The notes beneath the pieces are model-generated. The model was not told the DNA's origin, did no database searches, and saw only the letters and a list, made by a program, of their open reading frames with translations. Below are positions 19,812-29,552 of a stretch of 64,000 nt of DNA, one piece after another. Position 1 is the stretch's first letter; every line of letters starts with the position of its first letter. Origin of the DNA: a virus; the IMG/VR virus record IMGVR_UViG_3300042197_002147, positions 64,001 to 128,000 of that record. One strand, 5' to 3'. The translations under genes and the position numbers were made by a program.

Positions 19812-22258
19812 GATCAGCGGTAGAACATCATTTTACAGGTTTGACAGCAGGATTTACTGGTGGGCTTCCAGCTGTAGGCGTTACTGCTGGATATGATTCA
19901 ACAAAAACATTAATTTCTTCTTTGTTGCGTCAAGCCACGGGATCAAACTACGAAGACAAGTACATCTCCGCAAAACCATCTACTATTGTCAACATCCCCG
20001 AAGTGTTTACTTCAGGTACACAAGCATACCCGTTTGTGTATAAATGGTCTGACAACATTTATTGGGTATTCACGGCATCAAATGCTACTGCCGCCGCTAC
20101 GAGAACTATTGCCCTTACCGAATTCAACTCAACAAATTCAACCCTGACATACAAGGGGTTCATCACGCTACTCGGAACTACAGTTTCGGGTAGCAAGACT
20201 GTTCGTTCTTTACGAGCAATGGTCTACAAGCACACAACAGGAACAGTTTCAACAAGCGGTTCATCCACCACAATTTCAGGATCTGGAACGGGGTTTACGG
20301 ATGAACGAATTGCTGTGGGAGCAAGAATCGGTTTTGGAACCACCGATCCAACCGCAGTTACTACATGGTATGAAATCACGGCAATCACGGATAACACCAC
20401 TCTAACGATAAATGCACCCGTAACACTTTCAGCAGGAACTTCGTATGCCATAGAGGAGATTCGCATTGCTCTTGCCTGCACTCAATCAGGTACGGGTACT
20501 GTAGTTCTCAACAGCGGTTTGCATTACATCAAGGGATTAAACTATAGCACATTTACAAACGGTGGAACTAACATCCCAGAGGCAACAACCGTAGACAACA
20601 TTCGTGCCTCGTATCTCCTGACCGATGCAAGAATCAACGGAGATGATATACAGACATTTACGGTTACGATTGCTTCACCCGCAGTAGTGACTTGCAACAG
20701 CCACGGATTGAGAAATGGCGATGTCGTAATTCTCACGACAACTGGTGCATTGCCAACAAACTTGACTGCATCACCTACTACTGCTGCAACTCCATATTTC
20801 GTTATCAACGCATCCACAAACACATTTAATCTCTCAACGACACTCAACGGCACGGCAATCAATACAAGCGGTTCTCAGAGCGGAACTCATACTCTGCACT
20901 CCCATGCAAAAAATGTAAGCGCAACTTTGGCAATAGATGATGAGGTCAGCAAAACAGACCACAGCATCTACATGGTTTCTACATATGGCACGGCTTGTTC
21001 TATAACAGAGTATAATCTACGAGCAGCACTTACTGTTGGTGCAATGGGATCGTTTATAACCGCAGGAACTTCAACAAGTGCATATGTGCTATCTACCACA
21101 ACACAAGCGGTTACGGGAACACCTTCACAGGTAAATTCTGGAAGAATATTTACAGTAAACCACGGCTCTGCGTCAGGAGTAAAGTCTTTGTGGTTTGTGA
21201 CAACAACGAGAGTATATCGTGTTCCTGACGCAAACATAACCGATGGTTCTGTAAACTGGCTTGTGGATGCAATGCTTGAAGTTCCACCTGGAGGTAGCGT
21301 TACATACACTGCTCTTAGTAATATGTCTCAGGTGGATTATTCCTCCACAATTGATCGTTTGTTTGTCACAAACGCGAGTGGTCGTTTTGGTGTTTATATT
21401 ACGCCATATACAACTGATGGAAGTCAGTTTGAAAAATATATTGGTGCAAACCTTAACAGATTAAAACTTACCACAACACCAAGTGGTGCAAGTGATGGGT
21501 TGTTTCCGCAGACTACGCTTACACTTTGGACAGAAGACGGATGGATGTTTGTTATTCCAAACTCAACTACCTCGGGACAAAACTGGTTATATGTGTTCCC
21601 CTTTGGTACGGATGCTTACTACAACAGCACAACAAACCAACACATCATCACACCCAAACTTGCAACCACGGGTGCGACCAAACTGTATCACGCCTATGTT
21701 GACCACATGGAATACGCAGGAGATTACGGGCTTGGATTCCCCGTTGAGTCCTACAAGTTGTGGTATCGCACAAGCGGCATAGACGACAATAGCGGTGCGT
21801 GGACGGAAGTTCCCGTTGGAGCGGACTTGGACGCTGCTGCGGTGGGCGACTACATTCAATTCAAGATTGCATTTGACATTTTGGGCGAGATTTGCGCTCC
21901 AACACGCATCTACTCCATAGCAGCAACATACGAGGACAACTCGCAGGATTCGCACTATCAGCCTTCCTTGGCGAAGTCATCCACGGCAAGCAAGATATTC
22001 GCATGGAGACAGGTCGCAGCATGGGGATCGAACATCCCGAACCTTCGCATTCGGCTCTATGATGCAACGACAAACAACGAGTTGCTGAACGATACCGTGA
22101 CGAACTCTTCCTACGGAACATGGCAGTATTCCACGGATGGAACCAACTGGTTGTCGTGGAGTTCTTCTGCGGATGCAATCGGAAATTACATTCGCTATAC
22201 CGCAACCAACTTCGGCTACAGCGGAGTCACCGTCAGGGCATTGCTGACACAGGCATAA
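19808..22258 (+). CDS. Tail fibre/receptor-binding structural protein
   Basis: 816 aa Thr/Ser/Gly-rich beta protein with [11 protein letters not shown]...HGL...YFV module; higher GC than its flanks. Confidence 0.65.
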   Translation: MRSAVEHHFTGLTAGFTGGLPAVGVTAGYDSTKTLISSLLRQATGSNYEDKYISAKPSTIVNIPEVFTSGTQAYPFVYKWSDNIYWVFTASNATAAATRTIALTEFNSTNSTLTYKGFITLLGTTVSGSKTVRSLRAMVYKHTTGTVSTSGSSTTISGSGTGFTDERIAVGARIGFGTTDPTAVTTWYEITAITDNTTLTINAPVTLSAGTSYAIEEIRIALACTQSGTGTVVLNSGLHYIKGLNYSTFTNGGTNIPEATTVDNIRASYLLTDARINGDDIQTFTVTIASPAVVTCNSHGLRNGDVVILTTTGALPTNLTASPTTAATPYFVINASTNTFNLSTTLNGTAINTSGSQSGTHTLHSHAKNVSATLAIDDEVSKTDHSIYMVSTYGTACSITEYNLRAALTVGAMGSFITAGTSTSAYVLSTTTQAVTGTPSQVNSGRIFTVNHGSASGVKSLWFVTTTRVYRVPDANITDGSVNWLVDAMLEVPPGGSVTYTALSNMSQVDYSSTIDRLFVTNASGRFGVYITPYTTDGSQFEKYIGANLNRLKLTTTPSGASDGLFPQTTLTLWTEDGWMFVIPNSTTSGQNWLYVFPFGTDAYYNSTTNQHIITPKLATTGATKLYHAYVDHMEYAGDYGLGFPVESYKLWYRTSGIDDNSGAWTEVPVGADLDAAAVGDYIQFKIAFDILGEICAPTRIYSIAATYEDNSQDSHYQPSLAKSSTASKIFAWRQVAAWGSNIPNLRIRLYDATTNNELLNDTVTNSSYGTWQYSTDGTNWLSWSSSADAIGNYIRYTATNFGYSGVTVRALLTQA

Positions 22259-22259
22259 A

Positions 22260-22400
22260 ATGGACGATATCATATTTTACAGCGCATATTTCTACTTTGA
22301 GATGCCGGTATTAGATCCGGGTACTATTAATTTAATTGAAGCACAAAGCACATACTACACTCTGAGACTTGCTTTACCAGAAAGAATAAGTATTTCATAA
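22260..22400 (+). CDS. Small hypothetical protein (46 aa, not in ORF track)
   Basis: ATG 22260 to TAA 22400 (MDDIIFYSAYF...RISIS) exactly fills the intergenic gap. Confidence 0.55.
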   Translation: MDDIIFYSAYFYFEMPVLDPGTINLIEAQSTYYTLRLALPERISIS

Positions 22401-22401
22401 T

Positions 22402-25185
22402 ATGTCCAATTTTCCTTCCAATCCATCAACTGGAGCAACCTTTAATGTGTTGGGTAAAGGTTGGATATATGATGGATACGGTTGGGCGGCATTAGACGAT
22501 ATTATCGGAATTTCTGCTGGAAATCAGATTGCAATAACAATAACTGGTCAGGCTCCAGCAGGACCAACATATACAATAGATGTAATTGATGGTGCAACCA
22601 GTGATTTACATGCTGGTGTGGTTTATGGTGTTTCTGGAAGCATTTATGCATCTAGTCTTGCAACTGGTCTTTTGCACGGTGGCATTATTACAATAAATGC
22701 AGGAAATAGTGCTGCTTTTGATATTACATCTGGTAGTGGTCAAATTCATAGTTCTGGATCTACATACACAGCAGATCCACAACCAACATATCAATATGTT
22801 ACATGGCCAGCACAAACTGGAATTACTTTACAATACCTTTCTTCTTCGGATACAACTTGGATTTACATAGACTCGTCTGGTACTGTGCAACAAAGATCAT
22901 CGTACTATACTGATAATCAATTAGAAGAAAATATAATCATAGGACAGCTGGTTCACCCGTCAAGAACTTTTATTAATCTTGCAAGAACAAATCCAAATGT
23001 TGCATATGCAACAGACAAACAGTATGAACAATTTATTCGTATTTTTGGACCAGTAAAGGGATCTGGTCATACCATACAACCAAACGGAGCAAATCTGAAA
23101 TTAAACAGGACTTCAGGTACGGCTTTCAGTCTTGGAAGAAACTGGATCAATGACACAAATAATCCGAGTGTGGTTTCGGATGGTGCATATACTGATTGTA
23201 TTTTCTATCGTTACTATCGTGGTGCTACTGCTGGAACATTTATCACCGTACCAAATCAAACTGCAATTGATCCTACAAATTATGATGATGGAAGCGGAAC
23301 ACTTCAATCGCTGCCTGGTGGTAAATATAGTATTCAAAGAATATTTTATTACCCAAATACACCAAGTCTTTTGGGTGTATATTACGGAAGAGCACAATAT
23401 ACAAGTTTGGCCGAAGCAGCAGCAAATATTAATTTTGAAGATTTTACAGAAATTGAAAATACAAGAACAAATGCAATTTTCGTTGCAACATTAATAGTCA
23501 AATCCGGTGCTACCGATTTGACAAACACGAATGATGCTTTAATACTACAAGCCGGTGCTTTTAGAAGCACAATTAGTGGCGGTGGTTCTGTTGCAACTAA
23601 ATTCGATGATTTAACTGATGTCGTAATTACGGGCGTACAGGATGATCAAATAATAATATACAACAGTGCAACATCACAATGGGAAAATACAAATTCCTCT
23701 CATGTTTCTGTTACATCCTACAATGGTCGTACTGGTGCTGTTCAGGGTGTTTCGGCGGCCGCGGCCGGATCTGGTATTAGTGTTTCTGGTGCAACAGGTG
23801 CTGTGACTATAACAAATACTGGTGTTCAAAGTTTTAATGGATCTACCGGAACAATCACGGGTGTTTCCAGTATCCGTGGATTAACTGGTGCCGTAGGAAT
23901 CACCAACGGCAGTGGAATAGGTCTGAGTGTTTCTGGTCAAACAATGACCTTTAGCAACACCGGAGTTTTGAGTATTGACGGTGGCACTGGTGCGATTACA
24001 TATGTTGCCCGTACAAATGTTGCAAATACTTTTACTGCTAGTCAGACTATAGAAGGTTTAGGAAGAGTATTATCAATAAACGACGCAAACGCAAATATAT
24101 TTACAGCATATTCAAGTCAATTAGAATGGTATAATGATCTTTCGAGCACAAGTCAATACTGGGTTCCTTCTCCAGGACCAAATCCGAGCACAATTACTTT
24201 TCCAAACGAAAATGGTACAATAGCACTTACAAAAAATGTGGTTAGTTCTTTTAATGGTCTGACGGGTGCAATTGTCGGTGTTAATAGTGTCCGTGGTTTA
24301 ACTGGTGCAGTAGGAATCACCAACGGCAGTGGAATCGGTCTGAGTGTTTCTGGTCAGACAATGACCTTCAGCAATACTGGTGTTTTGAGCATTAATGGTA
24401 GCACTGGTGCCATTACGAATGTTGCTAGAACTAATGTAGACAATTTTTTTAATGCAAGTCAAACAATAAGCGCAGCAAATGCTGTTCTGGCAATTGTGGA
24501 TTCCTCTTCCTTCAACGAAGTATCATTTCAGGGAGAATTTAACAGGTTATACTTTTATAATGATCTGTCTGGTGGAGAGGTATTTTTTCAACCAACTATT
24601 GCACCAGCAAGCACAATAACCGTATCTCTTCCAGATTACAGCACAACCCTAGCAGGACTTGCAGGCACACAAATTTTTACAGGAACAAATACTTTTAGTG
24701 CTCTTACAAACTTTCCCAGTGGTATTAGTGCTGCTGGTGCAACCTTCAGTTCACTTGTAAGATTTAATGCAGGAATCTCTGCATCTGGTGGCATTACATT
24801 TAATAGTGATGTTACTATAAATTTATCAAACAATCTTAATGTTGGTGGCATACAATCTAACAAATCTGCATTGGAAATAGATACAGCCAGAGTAGATTCC
24901 AGAGTTGCAATGGGTGATTACACTGCACTTGGAAATTCAACTTTTATTTATCTTAGAAATGCTACAAGTGAATTACAATTAAGCAATCCTTTTGGTGTCA
25001 TAACTATAGGTGATCCGGATGGTTATAATAGCGGTTATTTTATTGGTTATGATGCAAGCAATGGTAATTTATATGGTAATGCTTCAGTAATAAGTGATTT
25101 TAGTACAATAAGTTCTAATAATGGATTTTATGAAACTGCAAATTCAATCAGAGTGACAAACAATGCTAGGAGTTGGTTTTTATGA
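22402..25185 (+). CDS. Tail fibre protein with internal repeats
   Basis: N-terminal FPSNPSTG...WIYDG.GW; repeated V(S/T)S(F/I)NG.TGA fibre motifs; DDLTDV motif. Confidence 0.8.
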   Translation: MSNFPSNPSTGATFNVLGKGWIYDGYGWAALDDIIGISAGNQIAITITGQAPAGPTYTIDVIDGATSDLHAGVVYGVSGSIYASSLATGLLHGGIITINAGNSAAFDITSGSGQIHSSGSTYTADPQPTYQYVTWPAQTGITLQYLSSSDTTWIYIDSSGTVQQRSSYYTDNQLEENIIIGQLVHPSRTFINLARTNPNVAYATDKQYEQFIRIFGPVKGSGHTIQPNGANLKLNRTSGTAFSLGRNWINDTNNPSVVSDGAYTDCIFYRYYRGATAGTFITVPNQTAIDPTNYDDGSGTLQSLPGGKYSIQRIFYYPNTPSLLGVYYGRAQYTSLAEAAANINFEDFTEIENTRTNAIFVATLIVKSGATDLTNTNDALILQAGAFRSTISGGGSVATKFDDLTDVVITGVQDDQIIIYNSATSQWENTNSSHVSVTSYNGRTGAVQGVSAAAAGSGISVSGATGAVTITNTGVQSFNGSTGTITGVSSIRGLTGAVGITNGSGIGLSVSGQTMTFSNTGVLSIDGGTGAITYVARTNVANTFTASQTIEGLGRVLSINDANANIFTAYSSQLEWYNDLSSTSQYWVPSPGPNPSTITFPNENGTIALTKNVVSSFNGLTGAIVGVNSVRGLTGAVGITNGSGIGLSVSGQTMTFSNTGVLSINGSTGAITNVARTNVDNFFNASQTISAANAVLAIVDSSSFNEVSFQGEFNRLYFYNDLSGGEVFFQPTIAPASTITVSLPDYSTTLAGLAGTQIFTGTNTFSALTNFPSGISAAGATFSSLVRFNAGISASGGITFNSDVTINLSNNLNVGGIQSNKSALEIDTARVDSRVAMGDYTALGNSTFIYLRNATSELQLSNPFGVITIGDPDGYNSGYFIGYDASNGNLYGNASVISDFSTISSNNGFYETANSIRVTNNARSWFL
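23873..24410 (+). repeat. ~120 bp direct repeat pair inside the fibre gene (~23873-23992 and ~24290-24409)
   Basis: TCCGTGGwTTAACTGGTGCmGTAGGAATCACCAACGGCAGTGGAATmGGTCTGAGTGTTTCTGGTCArACAATGACC... present twice. Confidence 0.85.
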
Positions 25186-26894
25186 GAACAAGGTCAAATC
25201 GCTTAAATAATGGTTATATTGGAGATTATACTGCTCACGATGATGTAACAGGTGTAGTTAGTTTAAATAAAAAGTATCTTGTAAACGATTATAGTGCCGA
25301 AACTACTTGGGTTAGACCGTCACAGTGGAGACAAGGACCAAGTGTTTCTGAGGGTGAACAAAAAATTGTAATCACAAATGCAGTGTATAACACGGATAAT
25401 AATTTTACTGCATTTACAATGAGTGGAAATTTTGCAGTAGATTGGGGTGACGGTACTACAGGAGCTTTTACTTCACTTAATACTGCATCAAAAAATTATG
25501 ATAAAACTACCTATGCTGGTCTTACCAGTGATGTTTTTAGAGGATATAAGACTTTAAACATCGTTATTACACCACAGGCTGGAGCTACATTCAACGGTCA
25601 ATTAAATTTGGCAGTAAAACATCCACAGTCAGGATTACAAAGTTATTATTCTAATGGATATCTTGAAATAATAATGTCCGCACCATTTATGACCGGACCA
25701 ATTACAATTTCAGATACAACATTTAACAACAGATCAGCTTCTAGATTATTGGAACATTTTAGATGGATCGGAAATTCAAGTTTAACTTCAATAGGTGCAT
25801 CTTTTATTGGTTGCAATAATCTTAAAATTATAAGTGCATTTCCTTCAACTAGAAATTGTACAGATTTTCAGAGTTTGTTTCACAGTTGTCACAGCTTAGA
25901 ATGGATACCACCAACTATATGTGAAACTGGAAATGCTACAGTTTTAGCATTTATGTTCTATTTGTGTACAGCTTTAAAAAGAGTTCCCGGAACATTTAAC
26001 ACAAGCAAGGCAACTTCAATGACACAGTTGTTTCAAGATTGTACAATGTTAAAAAGAATACCAGCAATCGACACATCAAAAGTTACAGGTTCAAATATGG
26101 CTGGATTGTTTGCTGGTTGTTTTTCTATAGAAACAATACCGGGAGAAATTAATGCTCAAAATGCAACAGCTTTAAATGCTTTGTTTCAAAATTGCAATAA
26201 TTTAAGAAAATTACCTAAAATAATAAACACCTCCAATGTAACTAATTTTTCAGCAATGTTTAATGGAACTAGAGCAATAGATGTTATACCTTACTTCGAT
26301 ACAAGTAAAGGAACAGATTTTTCTAGTATGTTTTCTGTTACTGGTGCTCGAAAATTTGATGATGCATGGGGCCTTACATTTAACATGCCCCAAGCAACAA
26401 GAACTGATAACATGTTTAGATTTACTAGAACTTTAGAAAGAGTACCCAATACATTTGTTACTGGTGCAACTCTTACAAACTGTTCAGAAATGTTCTATGA
26501 GTGCTATTCATTAACAAATTGTCCCACTATTACAAATATTTCAAATTGCACAAACTTAACAGGAATGTTTTATAATTGTCGTGCAATTAAGGAAATTCCA
26601 ACAATGACTATTTCAAATAATGCAAACAATTATGGTGGAACGGCTACTACTACTAGAATGTTTTATCAAAATTGGAACTTAAGTTCATGTGGATTAACAG
26701 GATTTACCGGAGCAAATGTTTCATTTGAAGCTTGTTCTCTTGGTGCTACAGCCTTAAATGATATTTATAGAAGTTTAGCTGTTGTTGGTGCTTCTGGTGC
26801 TGGTGTGCGTACTATTACTGTAACTGGAAATTGGGGAACCGCAGCAGATGATACTATGATTGCAATAGCAAAAGGATGGGCAGTATCGGGGTAA
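25182..26894 (+). CDS. BspA/DUF285-like leucine-rich repeat surface/adhesin protein
   Basis: VDWGDG motif followed by ~24 aa repeats (DTSK.T...MF..C..L..IP). Confidence 0.8.
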   Translation: MRTRSNRLNNGYIGDYTAHDDVTGVVSLNKKYLVNDYSAETTWVRPSQWRQGPSVSEGEQKIVITNAVYNTDNNFTAFTMSGNFAVDWGDGTTGAFTSLNTASKNYDKTTYAGLTSDVFRGYKTLNIVITPQAGATFNGQLNLAVKHPQSGLQSYYSNGYLEIIMSAPFMTGPITISDTTFNNRSASRLLEHFRWIGNSSLTSIGASFIGCNNLKIISAFPSTRNCTDFQSLFHSCHSLEWIPPTICETGNATVLAFMFYLCTALKRVPGTFNTSKATSMTQLFQDCTMLKRIPAIDTSKVTGSNMAGLFAGCFSIETIPGEINAQNATALNALFQNCNNLRKLPKIINTSNVTNFSAMFNGTRAIDVIPYFDTSKGTDFSSMFSVTGARKFDDAWGLTFNMPQATRTDNMFRFTRTLERVPNTFVTGATLTNCSEMFYECYSLTNCPTITNISNCTNLTGMFYNCRAIKEIPTMTISNNANNYGGTATTTRMFYQNWNLSSCGLTGFTGANVSFEACSLGATALNDIYRSLAVVGASGAGVRTITVTGNWGTAADDTMIAIAKGWAVSG

Positions 26895-26897
26895 AAT

Positions 26898-27119
26898 ATG
26901 GATAGAGGACCAGGATTTTATAAAAACGATAACGGAGACTTATTACACGGACCAAATTATGTTTTGGCCGGAAGTTATAGTTTATTTAAAGAAGAAAAGG
27001 ATAACTACATCTATCCAATAGGTGGATGGTATTGGTTTGACACAGAATCTTCAGCCAGAGTATTTTTTAACCTTCCAGAATTACAAATAAATATAGAAGA
27101 AGGATATCCTTATGCCTGA
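26898..27119 (+). CDS. Small virion-associated hypothetical protein
   Basis: 73 aa, GFYK...LLHGPNYV...YPIGGWYWFD pattern. Confidence 0.6.
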   Translation: MDRGPGFYKNDNGDLLHGPNYVLAGSYSLFKEEKDNYIYPIGGWYWFDTESSARVFFNLPELQINIEEGYPYA

Positions 27120-27432
27120 AACATATAAAAGTGTTGGTACTATAGTTGGTGTTACCGCCGCAACCACAGTTTACAATGGAGTCGTTGGAACTGCACTTGT
27201 TAATTCTATTAATATAAGTAATACTGATGTGAACAATACAAATTATGTTACATTGGAACTTATAAAAGGAGCAACTGCTTATTCATTAATAACTGGAGCT
27301 CAACTTCCATCAAGAACAAGTTTTCAAGCACTAGATGCACCATTAGCACTTGAATCTGGAAATACATTAAGATATACTTCTGGATACACCTTTGGAACAC
27401 ATGTTGTCGTTTCTGTGATGGAAATTACTTGA
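27112..27432 (+). CDS. Small structural hypothetical protein
   Basis: 106 aa beta-rich; PLALESGNTL...VVSVMEIT pattern. Confidence 0.6.
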   Translation: MPETYKSVGTIVGVTAATTVYNGVVGTALVNSINISNTDVNNTNYVTLELIKGATAYSLITGAQLPSRTSFQALDAPLALESGNTLRYTSGYTFGTHVVVSVMEIT

Positions 27433-27456
27433 CATTTTTTAATTTCGTGTTATACT
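27429..27456 (+). promoter_or_regulatory. Sigma70-type promoter for dUTPase (leaderless)
   Basis: TTGACA(27429-34)-16 bp-TATACT(27451-56) with extended TGn; ATG at 27464. Confidence 0.75.
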
Positions 27457-27463
27457 TTTTGTC

Positions 27464-27895
27464 ATGTTAAAAATATATCGAATTCAAGAAAATGCAGTTT
27501 TTCCAAGATTTGCAACAGAGCAATCTGCTTGCTTTGACATTTCTGCACACGGAAATCATTTTATACCAGCACACCATTCTATGGCGATTCCAACTGGACT
27601 AATTTTAGATATTCCAGTTGGTCACTCGGTTAGAGTTCACCCAAGATCTGGTTTGGCATATAAAAAGGGAATTACACTTTTAAATGCTGAAGGAATTATT
27701 GATTCAGATTACACAGATGAATTAAAAATTATATTATTCAATACTTCAAATTTGGATTTTGTCATAAATCACGGAGATCGTATTGCTCAAGGAGAATTAG
27801 TGAAAAGTCTTGACTATACGATTGAAGAATGCTATACTGCGCCAACCCAAAAAACCGACAGAGTTGGTGGTTTTGGTAGCACAGGCGTTCAATGA
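27464..27895 (+). CDS. dut: Trimeric dUTPase
   Basis: SACFDI, PRSGLA, GIIDSDY, GDRIAQ, RVGGFGSTG motifs I-V. Confidence 0.96.
   Translation: MLKIYRIQENAVFPRFATEQSACFDISAHGNHFIPAHHSMAIPTGLILDIPVGHSVRVHPRSGLAYKKGITLLNAEGIIDSDYTDELKIILFNTSNLDFVINHGDRIAQGELVKSLDYTIEECYTAPTQKTDRVGGFGSTGVQ
27810..27838 (+). promoter_or_regulatory. Internal sigma70-type promoter within dut, upstream of the second methyltransferase
   Basis: TTGACT(27810-15)-17 bp-TATACT(27833-38) with TG extension. Confidence 0.55.
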
Positions 27896-29181
27896 ATAAT
27901 ATAGAAAAAATAGTAAAAGAGTTTTCTGATTCCGCAAATGTAGATGGAGTTCCTGATCTATCTACGGATAAATGGAAAGCTTTAAATACAGACTATACCA
28001 AGCAAGAAATTAAAGAGAGTCTTGCTTGGTATATTATTAATCATAAACCAAAATTTCCATTTAGAAAAATTGAATTATCCACGGTAAAAAATAAATTTAA
28101 ATCTCTATCCAAAGAAGATTTATCTCACTACATCATAACGCCGGACAAAGATAAAGTAGTAGAGAAATATAATGATTACAAATATCCTTACTCAAAACAT
28201 GGTTTGTTTTTGATTGAAGGTGGTCATTATTATAATGACATTAGTAATTATTTTCAACAAGAAAACAGATTGTCTTGCCCATCTTATGGATTTGCTTCAC
28301 CAATTGATATATGGAATGATTATGATCTTTTGATGAAAATGAACTGGATTTTTTGGAGAATGGGTACAACCACAATTAATGAAACAAACATTCGTGGGTC
28401 TTTTCGTTTAGGCGCATATGTTGCAACACAATTCAAACCACATGTTGCAACAGTCGTTTATGATTTGAGAGATTCAAAACATGTTTTGGATTTAAGCATG
28501 GGGTGGGGAGATCGTTTGGCTGGGTTTTATGCGTCAAATGCTACACATTATTACGGATGTGATCCGAATCCCCAGTCATTTGAATTGTATAAGCAACAGA
28601 TAATTGCATATGAAAGTTTTTTAGGAAACTCTAAATCTTTCTTTCAACAAATTGACGAAAACACATGGTTATATGAAGGAATAAAAACTGTCTATATGCA
28701 AAATCTTCCTGCCGAAGATAGCAATGTATTTGATCAAGCAGAAATGGATTGCGTTTTTACATCTCCTCCATACTACTCCACTGAACTTTACAATAAGGGA
28801 GGGGAGAAAGAAGAAAATCAATCATGGCATCGTTACCCTGATTATAGCGATTGGTTAAACAAATTTTATCTACCAGTGATGAAACGAGCATATGATTGTC
28901 TTTCTTGGCGTGGCATGATGATGATTAATATCATGGATCCAACAATAAAAGGAAAGCGTTATAGAACTTGTGATGAAATGGTAGATTATATCACATCAAT
29001 TGGTGGTAATTTTATTGGTCAGATTGGGATGAAGATAAAGCAAAGACCAAAGAAGATGGAAAAGGAAGAATTGTTGGAACATTTGGCAGCAGATTTTATT
29101 GAAAATATTTGGTGTTTTTCAAAAACACAATATAAGTGGATACAAAAGAAGAGAGCAACGCTCGAAGATTTAATGGAGTAA
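27892..29181 (+). CDS. Second orphan amino-type DNA methyltransferase-like protein
   Basis: TQFKP, LDLSMGWGDRLAG (motif I), GCDPN, FTSPPYY; same architecture as 757-2334. Confidence 0.75.
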   Translation: MNNIEKIVKEFSDSANVDGVPDLSTDKWKALNTDYTKQEIKESLAWYIINHKPKFPFRKIELSTVKNKFKSLSKEDLSHYIITPDKDKVVEKYNDYKYPYSKHGLFLIEGGHYYNDISNYFQQENRLSCPSYGFASPIDIWNDYDLLMKMNWIFWRMGTTTINETNIRGSFRLGAYVATQFKPHVATVVYDLRDSKHVLDLSMGWGDRLAGFYASNATHYYGCDPNPQSFELYKQQIIAYESFLGNSKSFFQQIDENTWLYEGIKTVYMQNLPAEDSNVFDQAEMDCVFTSPPYYSTELYNKGGEKEENQSWHRYPDYSDWLNKFYLPVMKRAYDCLSWRGMMMINIMDPTIKGKRYRTCDEMVDYITSIGGNFIGQIGMKIKQRPKKMEKEELLEHLAADFIENIWCFSKTQYKWIQKKRATLEDLME

Positions 29182-29185
29182 TATT

Positions 29186-29539
29186 ATGACAAGAGATGAA
29201 TTATTGGCTTATCATTCGGAATTGTGTGCAGATGCAAAGGCATTAATGAGTTTAAAAAATAAAGATTATGCTGGAAACGAAGGCATAGAACCATTTGCAA
29301 ATTTTACAAGAGTAGAGGCAATGGGCATTTGCAAAACAGAACAAGGATTTATGGTCAGACTCACCGATAAGATGAGTCGTCTTTCTTCCTTTATTCGTGC
29401 AGGAAAAATGCACATAAAGGACGAATCGTTCAAAGACACTTGCATTGATGTAATCAACTATATGGTTCTTCTTGCCGCATATTTAAAAGATAAAGAGCAA
29501 TCTGACAAGAATAATATTGGTACAACAAATAAATCTTGA
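29186..29539 (+). CDS. Nucleotide-modification-associated domain 1 (Nmad1/DUF1599-like, MazG-like helical fold)
   Basis: KNKDYA...PFANF...VRLTDKMSRL...ESFKDTCIDVINY. Confidence 0.75.
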   Translation: MTRDELLAYHSELCADAKALMSLKNKDYAGNEGIEPFANFTRVEAMGICKTEQGFMVRLTDKMSRLSSFIRAGKMHIKDESFKDTCIDVINYMVLLAAYLKDKEQSDKNNIGTTNKS

Positions 29540-29545
29540 TATAAT
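29517..29545 (+). promoter_or_regulatory. Sigma70-type promoter for gp43A (leaderless)
   Basis: TTGGTA(29517-22)-17 bp-TATAAT(29540-45) with TG extension; ATG at 29553. Confidence 0.65.
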
Positions 29546-29552
29546 AACTTTC

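Noticed and set aside
23873-24410. DGR TR/VR pair
   Set aside because: Differences between the copies are mostly synonymous and not adenine-specific; both copies lie mid-gene; no RT
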